Origin: Candidatus Parvarchaeota archaeon
GTDB taxonomy: Archaea > Nanobdellota > Nanobdellia > Parvarchaeales > Parvarchaeaceae
Reading direction: 5' to 3'
DNA length: 44,433 bases
NCBI GenBank assembly: GCA_027366075.1
Contig: DAHXLI010000012.1
Location: 1 to 44,433, forward strand
Shown here: positions 24,362 through 33,050 of the stretch, piece by piece
Numbering within the stretch: the stretch's first letter is position 1
Layout: each line of letters begins with the position of its first letter
Notes under the pieces: generated by a model
Told to the model about the DNA's origin: nothing
The model's input: the letters and a program-made list of their open reading frames with translations, nothing else
Databases searched by the model: none
Translations under genes and position numbers: made by a program

Positions 24362-25147
24362 TCAGCTCAAGGACGAGAGTGCGCCTTTCGTCCATATCAT
24401 AAGTCTGCCCGCGTTGCCAGCGTGTGTTACATCGTATATACTGAGGGAATTTGGCTTTCTTACCGTGACGTTTAGGTTTGCCATCGCTCTGGCGACTTTT
24501 GAATCATCCGTAGTGACCAAGACCGGCCCCATTTTTCTCTTGTATTTTCTGCCCCGAAGCTTGCCTTTACCGGCTCTTATCTTTCTCTCGGCTATTCTCT
24601 CCACCTCCGCGGATAACCCAAGTTCATCGAGCGCCTTGACGGCTTCCTTCGTTTTTGAAAGCGCATTTATCTTATCGTCTACGATGACTGGCAAAGAAGC
24701 GATTTCCGCCACCGAGTGGAACCTGGACACCATCTCTTTGTTAGCCGAACCCGCTATTCCCATTCGTATCGCCAGCCGTTTTTCCTTTTTATTTAATTTT
24801 TTGACCATGACGCGTTCTGCTTTCGGGGGGTGCGCTTCTCTGCCACCGACCGTGTGGGGTGCTACTGCACCGACAAAATAAAAGCTGGTTCCTCTATGTA
24901 ATAGAGTCTTTCTCGGGCTTCTATTCATAGTGTGACCATAAGTCGTCTTATACGATCGCCTTCTCTTTGTAAGTTCTGCCGATTTTCTTTTTCCCGCCAA
25001 TGGGTCGGTATATTTCAGTTGAAATCTTTCAGATTCTTCGGACAGATAAGCCCTTTTAAGAAACTCCTTGTTTATTTCCTGCTGGAATACTTCCGGCAAC
25101 TGGCTTCCGTCTGCCTGCCTTGCGACCGATTGTGCTGTTTTTGCCAT
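24362..25147 (-). CDS. rpl4: 50S ribosomal protein L4 (uL4)
   Basis: 261 aa, positioned between L3 and L23, with GTSFYFVGAVAPHTVGGREAHPPKAE. Confidence 0.85.
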   Translation of the reverse strand: MAKTAQSVARQADGSQLPEVFQQEINKEFLKRAYLSEESERFQLKYTDPLAGKRKSAELTKRRRSYKTTYGHTMNRSPRKTLLHRGTSFYFVGAVAPHTVGGREAHPPKAERVMVKKLNKKEKRLAIRMGIAGSANKEMVSRFHSVAEIASLPVIVDDKINALSKTKEAVKALDELGLSAEVERIAERKIRAGKGKLRGRKYKRKMGPVLVTTDDSKVARAMANLNVTVRKPNSLSIYDVTHAGNAGRLMIWTKGALSSLS

Positions 25148-25150
25148 AAT

Positions 25151-26104
25151 TTAGTATTTGATGAAATTCACTTTTACGGGTTCTGCGCTCTTTATCGGCC
25201 TTAGCGCCTTTCTCATTATTATCAACTTGCCTATGCTACCAGGTACCGAACCCTTAAGCACCAGCGCGGTCTTTGTCACGTTTCCGTATCTCTTATAACC
25301 GCTCTTTATATTTATCTCAGCCGGTTCCTTTACTATCTTTAAAACGAATTTGTTGTATTCCACCCGTGAATTAAATCCGAGCCTGCCGTGCGGTGGCACT
25401 GTGAATTGTACCTTAGCCATAGATTCGGCCCCAAGATTGCCGGCTTTTCTTCTGGATTTGCTTGCGTGCACAGGATATATCTTGACCCCAAATCTTTTTA
25501 CCGAACCGGTAAATCCCTGGCCTTTGGTAATAGAACTTACATCTAAGAAAGACCCGTCTTTTATTACCGCGCCGACTTCCAAGTCCTTCCCTAACAGGTC
25601 TTTTACGGTCTGATATTTTTCTTCTAACTTGCCGCCTACGCCAATTTCAAAAACCTCAGGGGTTTTCTTTATGTTAGCGAGCCAAGGTTGTGTCGAGACC
25701 AAGAGCCTTAAATCATCCGCCTTTCCTTTGATGTCGTCTGGATTTGCGTTGTTCTCTTTAAAATTCAGTCGTCTTAATATGTTTTTGTTAAGGCCTTGCG
25801 CCCAGCTTTCTCCGACCGTGTTCTTGTTTTTGTAAAAACGTAGCGCACAAACAACCAACGGCGGGCATTCCAAGATAGTCGCATTCGTCATTACCTCCGT
25901 CTTGAAAGTAGGAGAGTTCTTGTCATTGTCCAAATAAGTCAAGGTGGTCATACCGACCTTATAGCCCGCAAATCCGCTTATTTCCTTCGACGACAGATGG
26001 CCAAAGTTATTGAAATTGTGGTATGGCCTGTCGCTTCTAGTTATAGGATAGAACTGAAGACTGCCTCGCCTAGGCGTACTCTTCTTTGTTATCTGATGTG
26101 CCAT
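25151..26104 (-). CDS. rpl3: 50S ribosomal protein L3 (uL3)
   Basis: PRRGSLQFYPITRS...GFAGYKVGMTT...ITKGQGFTGSVKRFGVK. Confidence 0.9.
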   Translation of the reverse strand: MAHQITKKSTPRRGSLQFYPITRSDRPYHNFNNFGHLSSKEISGFAGYKVGMTTLTYLDNDKNSPTFKTEVMTNATILECPPLVVCALRFYKNKNTVGESWAQGLNKNILRRLNFKENNANPDDIKGKADDLRLLVSTQPWLANIKKTPEVFEIGVGGKLEEKYQTVKDLLGKDLEVGAVIKDGSFLDVSSITKGQGFTGSVKRFGVKIYPVHASKSRRKAGNLGAESMAKVQFTVPPHGRLGFNSRVEYNKFVLKIVKEPAEINIKSGYKRYGNVTKTALVLKGSVPGSIGKLIIMRKALRPIKSAEPVKVNFIKY

Positions 26105-26158
26105 ATTTTGTATTTTTTATAAGTGTGGTTTTAATTATATAACTTATCATTAATTCAC

Positions 26159-27520
26159 TTAAATACGTTTATTTTTTAAAGACGGCCGGAGGTTTAATAT
26201 GTCGATTTTTGCTATCGACTTCTTGTCCGTTGAAGTATCCGATACCAGTATCGCCTTTTCAAGCGCATAATCGTTTTTTATGCGCTTCAGGGCAGTACTC
26301 AGGGCATTCGCACGGATCGGGACTATGTCGCGGCCAAAATTTAGAAGATCGTTTATATTCTCGCGTTTTGCGACCACGAATATGTTAAAATCTAGGTGAT
26401 ATCTTGATAATCTAAATGCATTTTTTATATCTTTTGTGTCTAGGATTATAGTTTTTATACCGGTCTTTCCCGAAAGGCTGGCTATCCCCCCCATCAAAGC
26501 GTCTCCCTCGCCTTTTATCTTGTATTCCGCCGTGCCTAGTTTTCTATAGTTAAATCCTATCAATTTTCTAAGCGTATCGACGGTCTTTACCGGATACGCC
26601 CCTATCGCCGTCTCTTCCGATAGCATCACGGCATCCGTGCCTTCCGTAACGGCGGTAAAAACATCGTCTGCTTCGGCTCTCGTAGGCATCCTTCCCTGCG
26701 TCATAGACTCTAGCATCTGCGTCGCTGTTATGACTGGTTTGCTCAACTCGTTCGCTTTTCTTATCAGCTTCCTTTGGATGAACGGGACTTGGGCTATATC
26801 GAGATTCAGACCGAGATCCCCCCTAGCGATCATTATTACGTCCGAAGCTGTTGCTATCTCGTCAAAATTTTGGAGCGCTTCTTTCCTTTCGATCTTTGCT
26901 ATAAGTACGCTATCCTTGCCAGTCATTTTTCTGGTCTTGAGGACGTCTTCCTTTTTTGACACGAACGACAGAGCGAAGGTGTCTATTCCGTGGCTTAATC
27001 CGAATTTTATAGCTTCCACGTCTTTATGTGTCGGATAAGTTTTTTCATAAACTAGCCCGGGCGAGTTTATGCTCTGTTCGCTTAGCAATATACCGTCGTT
27101 AAGTGCGCGGACGATCACTAGATCCCTTGTCCTTTTTATAGGCCTTACTTCAATCTTACCGTCTGAAAGCAATACGTTTTTTCCCAATGAGATGCTTCTC
27201 GCTATGTCTTTCGTCGTAGGTATCTCTCCACCCGGCCCGAGCGTATATTTTACTCCTTGTTTTATTTCTAACTGCGCGTTTTTAAGAAGACCTGTCCGAA
27301 TCTTCGGGCCAGGCAGGTCCACAAAGATAGAGACGTTTTTCCTTAGTTTTTTCTTAAGCTTGTTTATTATTTTGATTATTTTACTAAAATATTCCGGATC
27401 TCCATGTGAAAAGTTTAGCCTGAATACATTAACGCCGTTTAATATTAGTCTTTTGATAGTAATCTCCTTGTCAGAAGCCGGCCCGAGCGTCGCGATTATT
27501 TTTACCTTTCCTTTTTCCAT
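26159..27520 (-). CDS. pyk: pyruvate kinase
   Basis: KIIATLGPASD...GVNVFRLNFSHGD...IMIARGDLGL...TQMLESM...PTRAE..DV..AV..G.DAVMLSEETA. Confidence 0.9.
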   Translation of the reverse strand: MEKGKVKIIATLGPASDKEITIKRLILNGVNVFRLNFSHGDPEYFSKIIKIINKLKKKLRKNVSIFVDLPGPKIRTGLLKNAQLEIKQGVKYTLGPGGEIPTTKDIARSISLGKNVLLSDGKIEVRPIKRTRDLVIVRALNDGILLSEQSINSPGLVYEKTYPTHKDVEAIKFGLSHGIDTFALSFVSKKEDVLKTRKMTGKDSVLIAKIERKEALQNFDEIATASDVIMIARGDLGLNLDIAQVPFIQRKLIRKANELSKPVITATQMLESMTQGRMPTRAEADDVFTAVTEGTDAVMLSEETAIGAYPVKTVDTLRKLIGFNYRKLGTAEYKIKGEGDALMGGIASLSGKTGIKTIILDTKDIKNAFRLSRYHLDFNIFVVAKRENINDLLNFGRDIVPIRANALSTALKRIKNDYALEKAILVSDTSTDKKSIAKIDILNLRPSLKNKRI

Positions 27521-27549
27521 TGATATTATACAATTAATTTTCTGATTTA

Positions 27550-29832
27550 TTAAGTTAGGCCGCCGATAGCAACCAGCGGCATCACGCCGTCCGGAGGATA
27601 TGCCCTGACTCTAAACCATTGTATATCCATCGCGTCACTTGAACTGCAGCAGTAAACGCCTGCGGAGATATAAACGGTCGATGGCAATGCCAAGTCTGCA
27701 GACGCCGAATGCGGTGCATAATTCGTATAATATTGTTGAGCGGAAGAACTAATCCAGATTTGCCCGTCAATCCCAGGTACGACGGTCTGGAGGTTTATGT
27801 TCTGCGTGCTTGACATCCCACCAGAAAGACTGCCCTCCCCTATGCTGCCGCTCCATTCATTGAAGTCGTAGCCAGACGAAAACGCCGCATTTCCAGTCTG
27901 TTGTGCTATACCGCCGGAGAGGGCCCCTCCACTTTGCGACGTCACATCTGCTTCTGATATCACCGGCGGGGCATACCCAGAATTAGAAATTATGCCGGCG
28001 GCATTTCCAGAGCCGGTGTTAATGCTTAACCCATTGCTGACTGAAACTGTCGCGCCGGGCTCCGTATAAGTAAAAAAGGCGGATGGGATCACGCTGCCCG
28101 CAAAGTTCCAATAGCCGGTGAAGACGTTCGCACCGTCATCATATTCACCATAGGTGGGAGAAAGCTGCGGGGCTTCTCCGGTGTTCTGCGCATTCAAAAG
28201 ATTATATGGTGGTAGATAAAGATCCATGTATATAGATAGCTCAGAGTTGGCAGGTATTCCATTCCCCAATTTCAACCAATATGTTGTGTCCGTACTCGCT
28301 GAGCCTGCGCCGGTGAACTCGACGTTCGTAGCCGCGCCGTTATTCCCGTTGCCGCTGTAATCGTTTGCGTTCCCAGCAAGCGGCCACCAGCCTACATCAC
28401 CCGCAGCACGTAATGGCGCGCCACCAAGTCCTTCGGCGTATAACTGCGCTATTTGTGTCGAACTAAGTGCTGCTGAATAAACTTGCACGTCGGCTATCGA
28501 GCCATTAAAAAACTGAGTCGACCCTGAGAATAGATTACCGCCGATTTCAAATCCTGTGACTGACGCATTTATTTTTGAAGGCATGGCCCCGTTTATCGCT
28601 GGTCCACCATTAACGTAAACTGCATAGTTTTTGCCGCCGGTAAGGACCAAAGCAATAAAATTCCATGAATTTGCCGTGGATGCTCCACTGCTCAAATGAA
28701 CATCGTCCCCGCATCCAGAGATCGTCGGCTTAAGATCGGATTGTACCGATAGGCCGTAGAGGGTACCGCTGCAGGGAGCGCCGCCCTTTAAAGTCTCGAA
28801 TATCGTGTTATAACCGGCATTGTTTTGTACCGCACTTGGTTTTATCCATGCGACTACCGTCACTGTAGTGCCGGTACCGGTCGGCAAACCATTTGTTTTA
28901 AAACTATTAATGACTGAAGTAAGACCATTGAAAGAAGCTATATTGCCGCTTTCAAGCCATGAAGGGATTATAGTGCCGTTTAAATAAGAAAATTGTATAT
29001 CCTGAAGGTTTGAAGCTTCATATTTAGAGTACGCCGAAGAGTTTATTGTAATCATCTGCTGGAATGGCGATGGGGTGGCAGTAAGCTCTGAATTTAGTAA
29101 GGTTATCTTGAGCTGTTGCGCCGGGATAAAGCATTCCGAGCTAGCTACGTCCAAAGACGGCACGCTGACTATTATTTTAACTTCTGGGTAAGTTTTTGTT
29201 AAGTTTATTGTGCCGTAAAAAGTTCCGCTGGTCGCACTTTCGTTTTCAGAAGCTATCTGAACGCCTCCAATCGTATAAACCGTTATATTGAAGTTTATAT
29301 CGTCAACCGCCGCTCCGCTTTGCGATAAAAAGGACAGATTATACAATAAAATTTTCGTATTTGAAGAATTGAAAGCGTAAGAAGCATTTATAAAGGAGAC
29401 TGGGAGATCGAAACTAAGAAGTGTGGTCTGCTTGCCGCCTATCTCTACCAACTTTGCCTGACCTGAGAACCGCCCCGGGTTTATCGGCAGTTCGCCGACT
29501 ATGGGAAGACTAAGCGTCGACGCGTCTTCGGCCCCGCCTGATACCAAAATCAGATAACTGTTGCAGAGATACGAACTCAAAATGTTTAGGCCTGGAGAAT
29601 CAAAAGCGAACGTCGCCGACGAGCCAGTCTGTTGTGAACTTAAGTAGCTGACCGCTCCGCTGATGCTGTTGACTACCAGAGCCAAGTTCTGTCCGTTCTC
29701 AGTTGCGCTATAAGCGGATGAATAATAAAACGTATACGCTAAAAAGGCGGAAAGTATCAACAGCCCGATTCCCATGATTATGAGATATTCCAAAGAAACC
29801 TGTCCTTTCGATTTGGAATTGAGTGCTTTCAT
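27550..29832 (-). CDS. large secreted/surface protein: archaeal class III (type IV pilin-like) signal peptide fused to LamG/ConA-like lectin domains (760 aa)
   Basis: The N-terminus MKALNSKSKGQVSLEYLIIMGIGLLILSAFLAYTFYY has a KG|Q prepilin-peptidase-type site, QxSxEYL and a hydrophobic helix. LamG_3 hallmarks are FNGSIADVQVYSAALSSTQIAQLYAEG and WWPLAGNANDYSGNGNNGAATNVEF. The body is rich in S/T/G/N and has many N-x-S/T sequons. Confidence 0.7.
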   Translation of the reverse strand: MKALNSKSKGQVSLEYLIIMGIGLLILSAFLAYTFYYSSAYSATENGQNLALVVNSISGAVSYLSSQQTGSSATFAFDSPGLNILSSYLCNSYLILVSGGAEDASTLSLPIVGELPINPGRFSGQAKLVEIGGKQTTLLSFDLPVSFINASYAFNSSNTKILLYNLSFLSQSGAAVDDINFNITVYTIGGVQIASENESATSGTFYGTINLTKTYPEVKIIVSVPSLDVASSECFIPAQQLKITLLNSELTATPSPFQQMITINSSAYSKYEASNLQDIQFSYLNGTIIPSWLESGNIASFNGLTSVINSFKTNGLPTGTGTTVTVVAWIKPSAVQNNAGYNTIFETLKGGAPCSGTLYGLSVQSDLKPTISGCGDDVHLSSGASTANSWNFIALVLTGGKNYAVYVNGGPAINGAMPSKINASVTGFEIGGNLFSGSTQFFNGSIADVQVYSAALSSTQIAQLYAEGLGGAPLRAAGDVGWWPLAGNANDYSGNGNNGAATNVEFTGAGSASTDTTYWLKLGNGIPANSELSIYMDLYLPPYNLLNAQNTGEAPQLSPTYGEYDDGANVFTGYWNFAGSVIPSAFFTYTEPGATVSVSNGLSINTGSGNAAGIISNSGYAPPVISEADVTSQSGGALSGGIAQQTGNAAFSSGYDFNEWSGSIGEGSLSGGMSSTQNINLQTVVPGIDGQIWISSSAQQYYTNYAPHSASADLALPSTVYISAGVYCCSSSDAMDIQWFRVRAYPPDGVMPLVAIGGLT

Positions 29833-29841
29833 GTAATTACT

Positions 29842-30432
29842 TTAAAGCGCCTTGTCGATGAGCTTATTTATATTCAAACTTACGGCGCCTATGTCTTTAT
29901 CTCCGTCCACCTTCTTCAGGTGAAACTCTTTTGAGATATGTAGATATGCCTGCCTTACTTGGTTAAGCTTTTCTTTTTCTTCAAACAATTCCAGGCTCTC
30001 CTCCTGGTCAGATATTCTCACCAGAGAAACGCTTGGTTTTACGTCTATGAATATCCCTATGTCTGGAAGTCTAAAGCTCAGGTTTATGTATCTAAGCCAC
30101 TTGTAATTTACCTTAGAAGCATAGCCATATGCCAGAGTAGAAAACAAGTATCTGTCGCACACGACCATCTTCCCCCTCGAAAGAGCCGGCTCTATTTCTT
30201 TTTCTAAGTGGTGGGCGCGATCTGCGCAAAAAAGTAGTTGAAGAGCTCGGGATGAGGTGGAAAATTCTCCCCTTAATGCGGCCTTCGACAAGCCGCCGAT
30301 TATGCCGTTGGTCGGCTCTTTCGTAAGCAATACGGGAAAGCCACGTTCCTTAAGATGATGTGCTAAAAGCGCCGCTTGCGTCGACAGGCCCGCTCCGTCT
30401 AGCCCTTCTAATACTATGAACTTTCCTTTCAT
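29842..30432 (-). CDS. thymidylate kinase-like paralog with a degenerate P-loop (GAGLST, no Walker-A lysine)
   Basis: FIVLEGLDGAGLSTQ...LLTKEPT...VVCDRYLFSTLAYG. The codon is CTG where the invariant Lys is expected. The start overlaps the stop of the upstream tmk by 4 nt. Confidence 0.75.
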   Translation of the reverse strand: MKGKFIVLEGLDGAGLSTQAALLAHHLKERGFPVLLTKEPTNGIIGGLSKAALRGEFSTSSRALQLLFCADRAHHLEKEIEPALSRGKMVVCDRYLFSTLAYGYASKVNYKWLRYINLSFRLPDIGIFIDVKPSVSLVRISDQEESLELFEEKEKLNQVRQAYLHISKEFHLKKVDGDKDIGAVSLNINKLIDKAL

Positions 30433-31061
30433 ATTTTTTTGCCTTCTAGTTTTGCAAGCTCAGATAGTATCTGATTGGCTACAACGTGTTGGTCATTGGA
30501 GCCGTCTATCCTTACCCAATTTTTGGAAAAAAAACTTTCACTTATTAATCTTTCGTAAATTCCCTTGACATCTTGGAGCAGCGTCTTGTCTTTTTCGAAC
30601 TTGTCTACGTCGCCGATAAGACTTTTCTGTTTCTGTTTCCTCTGCATGGAAATTTCCACTGGCACGTCTACATAAAACACGGCGAATGGTTCGTTTAGCT
30701 CCATAAGTTTTATAAAGGATTTCGCGCGGCTATAATCAAAGCCGTTGGAGCATTGATAAGACAAAGTTGAAAATAGATATCTGTCCATTATCACGAAGTT
30801 TCCGGCTGCCAGAGCCGTCTCGACTTTCTCCTTGTCCTTCAGCATATCCACCAGATAGACGAAAAATTGTTCTTCTACATCCAAGTTTATCCTAAAGTGG
30901 AGAAAATCGTCTATTATTTTCCCGTAAATGTACGAGTAGTCGGGATAGGAAAGCGCTAAGACTTTAAAGCCGCGGCTCTCGAGGTGCTCCTTTAAGATTT
31001 TGACTTGGGTGGCTTTTCCCGAGCCGTCCGTCCCTTCAAGAACAAGAAGTTTCCCTGACAT
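30429..31061 (-). CDS. tmk: thymidylate kinase (canonical P-loop)
   Basis: LLVLEGTDGSGKATQ...VIMDRYLFSTLSYQ. Confidence 0.85.
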   Translation of the reverse strand: MSGKLLVLEGTDGSGKATQVKILKEHLESRGFKVLALSYPDYSYIYGKIIDDFLHFRINLDVEEQFFVYLVDMLKDKEKVETALAAGNFVIMDRYLFSTLSYQCSNGFDYSRAKSFIKLMELNEPFAVFYVDVPVEISMQRKQKQKSLIGDVDKFEKDKTLLQDVKGIYERLISESFFSKNWVRIDGSNDQHVVANQILSELAKLEGKKI

Positions 31062-31077
31062 AAAATAAGAAATACCC

Positions 31078-32514
31078 TTATGCTTTAATACCTTTCCTGT
31101 AAATTTGCACTTTCTCTCCGAGAAAATCCAGAATCTGAGACTCTTTTGTTTTCAGGTTTACGACCGGCACTTTTGCGACTTCAGGGTCTACACCATATTT
31201 TTTCTGGTAGGAGGTCTGGTGCTGCCAGCAGGACGCGTTTATCAGTATAGTTTCCTTATATTTTGACACCAAGGTTTTGTGTATGTGCCCGGCTGCGTAT
31301 ATATCCGGTGTTTCGTCTATCACAAGATAATCCTGGGTCAACGGTATTACTTGGGTGGAGCCATGCGTCGGTGCGAGGTGTCTCGATTTTAACTGCAATT
31401 TCATTATCGCTGCAACGTCTTCCGTAGTCATCTTATTATATTTGCTTATCGTGTTTACGTAATACGTTATACTAAAGCCGTGGTACCCGAGTAAATTTGT
31501 TTTATGCCCGCTTACAACCAGGTTAACTTGATAAGGATTAGATAGGAATACCGCGTTCTCTAACTTGTACAGGTCGCCTCCAAAAAAGGCGTCTAACCTT
31601 GGTTGCGGTTCTGCTATGTGGGTAGCATCGTGGTTGCCCTGAGAGATTAGGATTTTTATGTGCTTTGGTATTCTGTCCAAAAAGGAATAAAGGGCACTGT
31701 ATTGCTCTTTTAGGTCAGTTATGTTAAGCTCTTTCTCTTGATCAGGGTATACTCCTATTCCGTCGACAAGATCGCCGGTTATTATGATAAATTTCGTGAG
31801 TTTTGCTATTTCCATATACTCTTCGATCTCCCCGTTTATCCATTTTATAAACTTTTCAATCGGTTCTTTCGCAAAAAGTTTTGAGCCTACGTGGATATCG
31901 GATAAAAATAGGGCGTAAGAGTCTTCTATCTCCAATGGTTTTCCGTCTCTTACTTGTATGTCCGGAAAAGTTATTTCGTTGACGAATATGGCGTCTTTAG
32001 ACTTCTTTCCTTTTATTATTACTACCTGGTCTTGCATAAGGTCCTGATTTATCGTGGAGGATATCGCCCTGTAAGACGAAACGTTGTCTTCTATGTCTAT
32101 TATCATGAATTTTTTAATCGGGCTTATGGACACGTTTGACACCATCGCTATTATTTTTACGTCTGATCCAGACGGCATGTTTTTTGCTTGTGAGATGGAC
32201 ATCAAACCGCTGCTCTCTTTGTTTACAAGCAGGTTTTTGATGCGATTAAACCTATCATTAAAATACGCCGTCCAGTCTGCTGGCTTAGAGGCCGAAGTCC
32301 CGCCCGCGTAATTCTTTATTATTTCGACGGAATATTCAGAATTATTATATGCTTCGGGGTACAGGTCGTGCAACGCGCGCTGGTCAAGAAAAGTTACGTT
32401 CTTTTCTCTTAATGTCTTTATTATTTCATCTACGTTTCCGATTTTAGCGCTTTGTATCGCGGCATCCACGAGTATTCCGTTGGAGAAAAATTTACTAAGT
32501 TCCTCTTCCTGCAT
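31078..32514 (-). CDS. polB: DNA polymerase D (Pol II) small subunit DP1, calcineurin-like phosphoesterase/exonuclease
   Basis: ALFLSDIHVGSKLF...IIITGDLVDGIGVYP...ISQGNHDA...GYHG...AAGHIH, plus an OB-like middle region. 478 aa. Confidence 0.85.
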   Translation of the reverse strand: MQEEELSKFFSNGILVDAAIQSAKIGNVDEIIKTLREKNVTFLDQRALHDLYPEAYNNSEYSVEIIKNYAGGTSASKPADWTAYFNDRFNRIKNLLVNKESSGLMSISQAKNMPSGSDVKIIAMVSNVSISPIKKFMIIDIEDNVSSYRAISSTINQDLMQDQVVIIKGKKSKDAIFVNEITFPDIQVRDGKPLEIEDSYALFLSDIHVGSKLFAKEPIEKFIKWINGEIEEYMEIAKLTKFIIITGDLVDGIGVYPDQEKELNITDLKEQYSALYSFLDRIPKHIKILISQGNHDATHIAEPQPRLDAFFGGDLYKLENAVFLSNPYQVNLVVSGHKTNLLGYHGFSITYYVNTISKYNKMTTEDVAAIMKLQLKSRHLAPTHGSTQVIPLTQDYLVIDETPDIYAAGHIHKTLVSKYKETILINASCWQHQTSYQKKYGVDPEVAKVPVVNLKTKESQILDFLGEKVQIYRKGIKA

Positions 32515-32533
32515 AGCTATGGAGGTAAGTTAT

Positions 32534-32542
32534 TATTTATAA
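32534..32542 (-). promoter_or_regulatory. TATA box (TTATAAATA on the minus strand) about 24 nt upstream of DP1 ATG 32514
   Basis: The reverse complement of tatttataa. Leaderless-type spacing. Confidence 0.4.
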
Positions 32543-32568
32543 TTCTATTCTTGGGCAGGGTCGCATTA

Positions 32569-32871
32569 TTATACAAAAGACGATTCTGGAAAACCTAATT
32601 CTATGAGCATTTTCTTGACTTTATCGACGTGATCTCCCTGCAGTTCTATCGTGTCGTCTTTGTAAGTTCCGCCGCACGCCAGTTTATTTTTAAGTTGTTT
32701 TGTTATAGTTTTCAAGTCAGCTACTTTCGGGTCAAGACCGCTTATCATAGTAACCACTTTCTTGAACGAAACGCGCTTAGTGTATATCTTGATTTTCTGA
32801 TTTTCCTGAGAAATTGTGCCACAGATACAAAGATCCTTTGGCAATCCGCAAACTGAACAGACTTCTGTCAT
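32569..32871 (-). CDS. eif1: translation initiation factor aIF1 (SUI1)
   Basis: CSVCGLPKDLCIC...KIYTKRVSFKKVVTMISGL...LKNKLACGGTYKDDTIELQGDH. Confidence 0.9.
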   Translation of the reverse strand: MTEVCSVCGLPKDLCICGTISQENQKIKIYTKRVSFKKVVTMISGLDPKVADLKTITKQLKNKLACGGTYKDDTIELQGDHVDKVKKMLIELGFPESSFV

Positions 32872-33050
32872 TATATTTTTTCCTTCTAACCTCTCATTAA
32901 ATAAACTATATTTTAATAGAGCTAAGCTAGTATAAATAGGCTTCTACCGAAATGCAAACCAAAGTTTGGCTTTTTGTTACGCAACCAATATTTAAATTTG
33001 GCCGGCGCTTAACCTTAGAATGGTCACCAATGGGGTTAAAAAGCAGTAAA

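Noticed and set aside
15582-27545. Many plus-strand ORFs (60-158 aa) nested antisense in secY, the ribosomal protein genes and pyruvate kinase, for example 16840-17121, 18008-18424, 19731-20105, 24103-24402, 24414-24881 and 27069-27545
   Set aside because: All are fully contained in confidently identified minus-strand genes and have skewed S/F/L/P-rich composition. They are mirror-frame artefacts of Lys/Glu/Arg-rich coding sequence.
29841-29875. An independent promoter for the pilin-like gene inside the 3' end of the tmk paralog (ATATAAATAA on the minus strand at about 29863-29872)
   Set aside because: The spacing, about 36 nt from the ATG, is off relative to the ~25-nt pattern seen elsewhere, and AT-rich octamers are frequent in this genome. 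It cannot be distinguished from chance without TSS data.
32952-33050. A 33-codon in-frame extension of argS (MQTKVWLFVTQPIFKFGRRLTLEWSPMGLKSSK) as a signal peptide or uORF
   Set aside because: It does not resemble ArgRS N-termini. A TATA-like ATATTTAAAT at 32988-32997 lies inside it, which suggests transcription starts downstream. It is treated as start-codon uncertainty rather than a feature.
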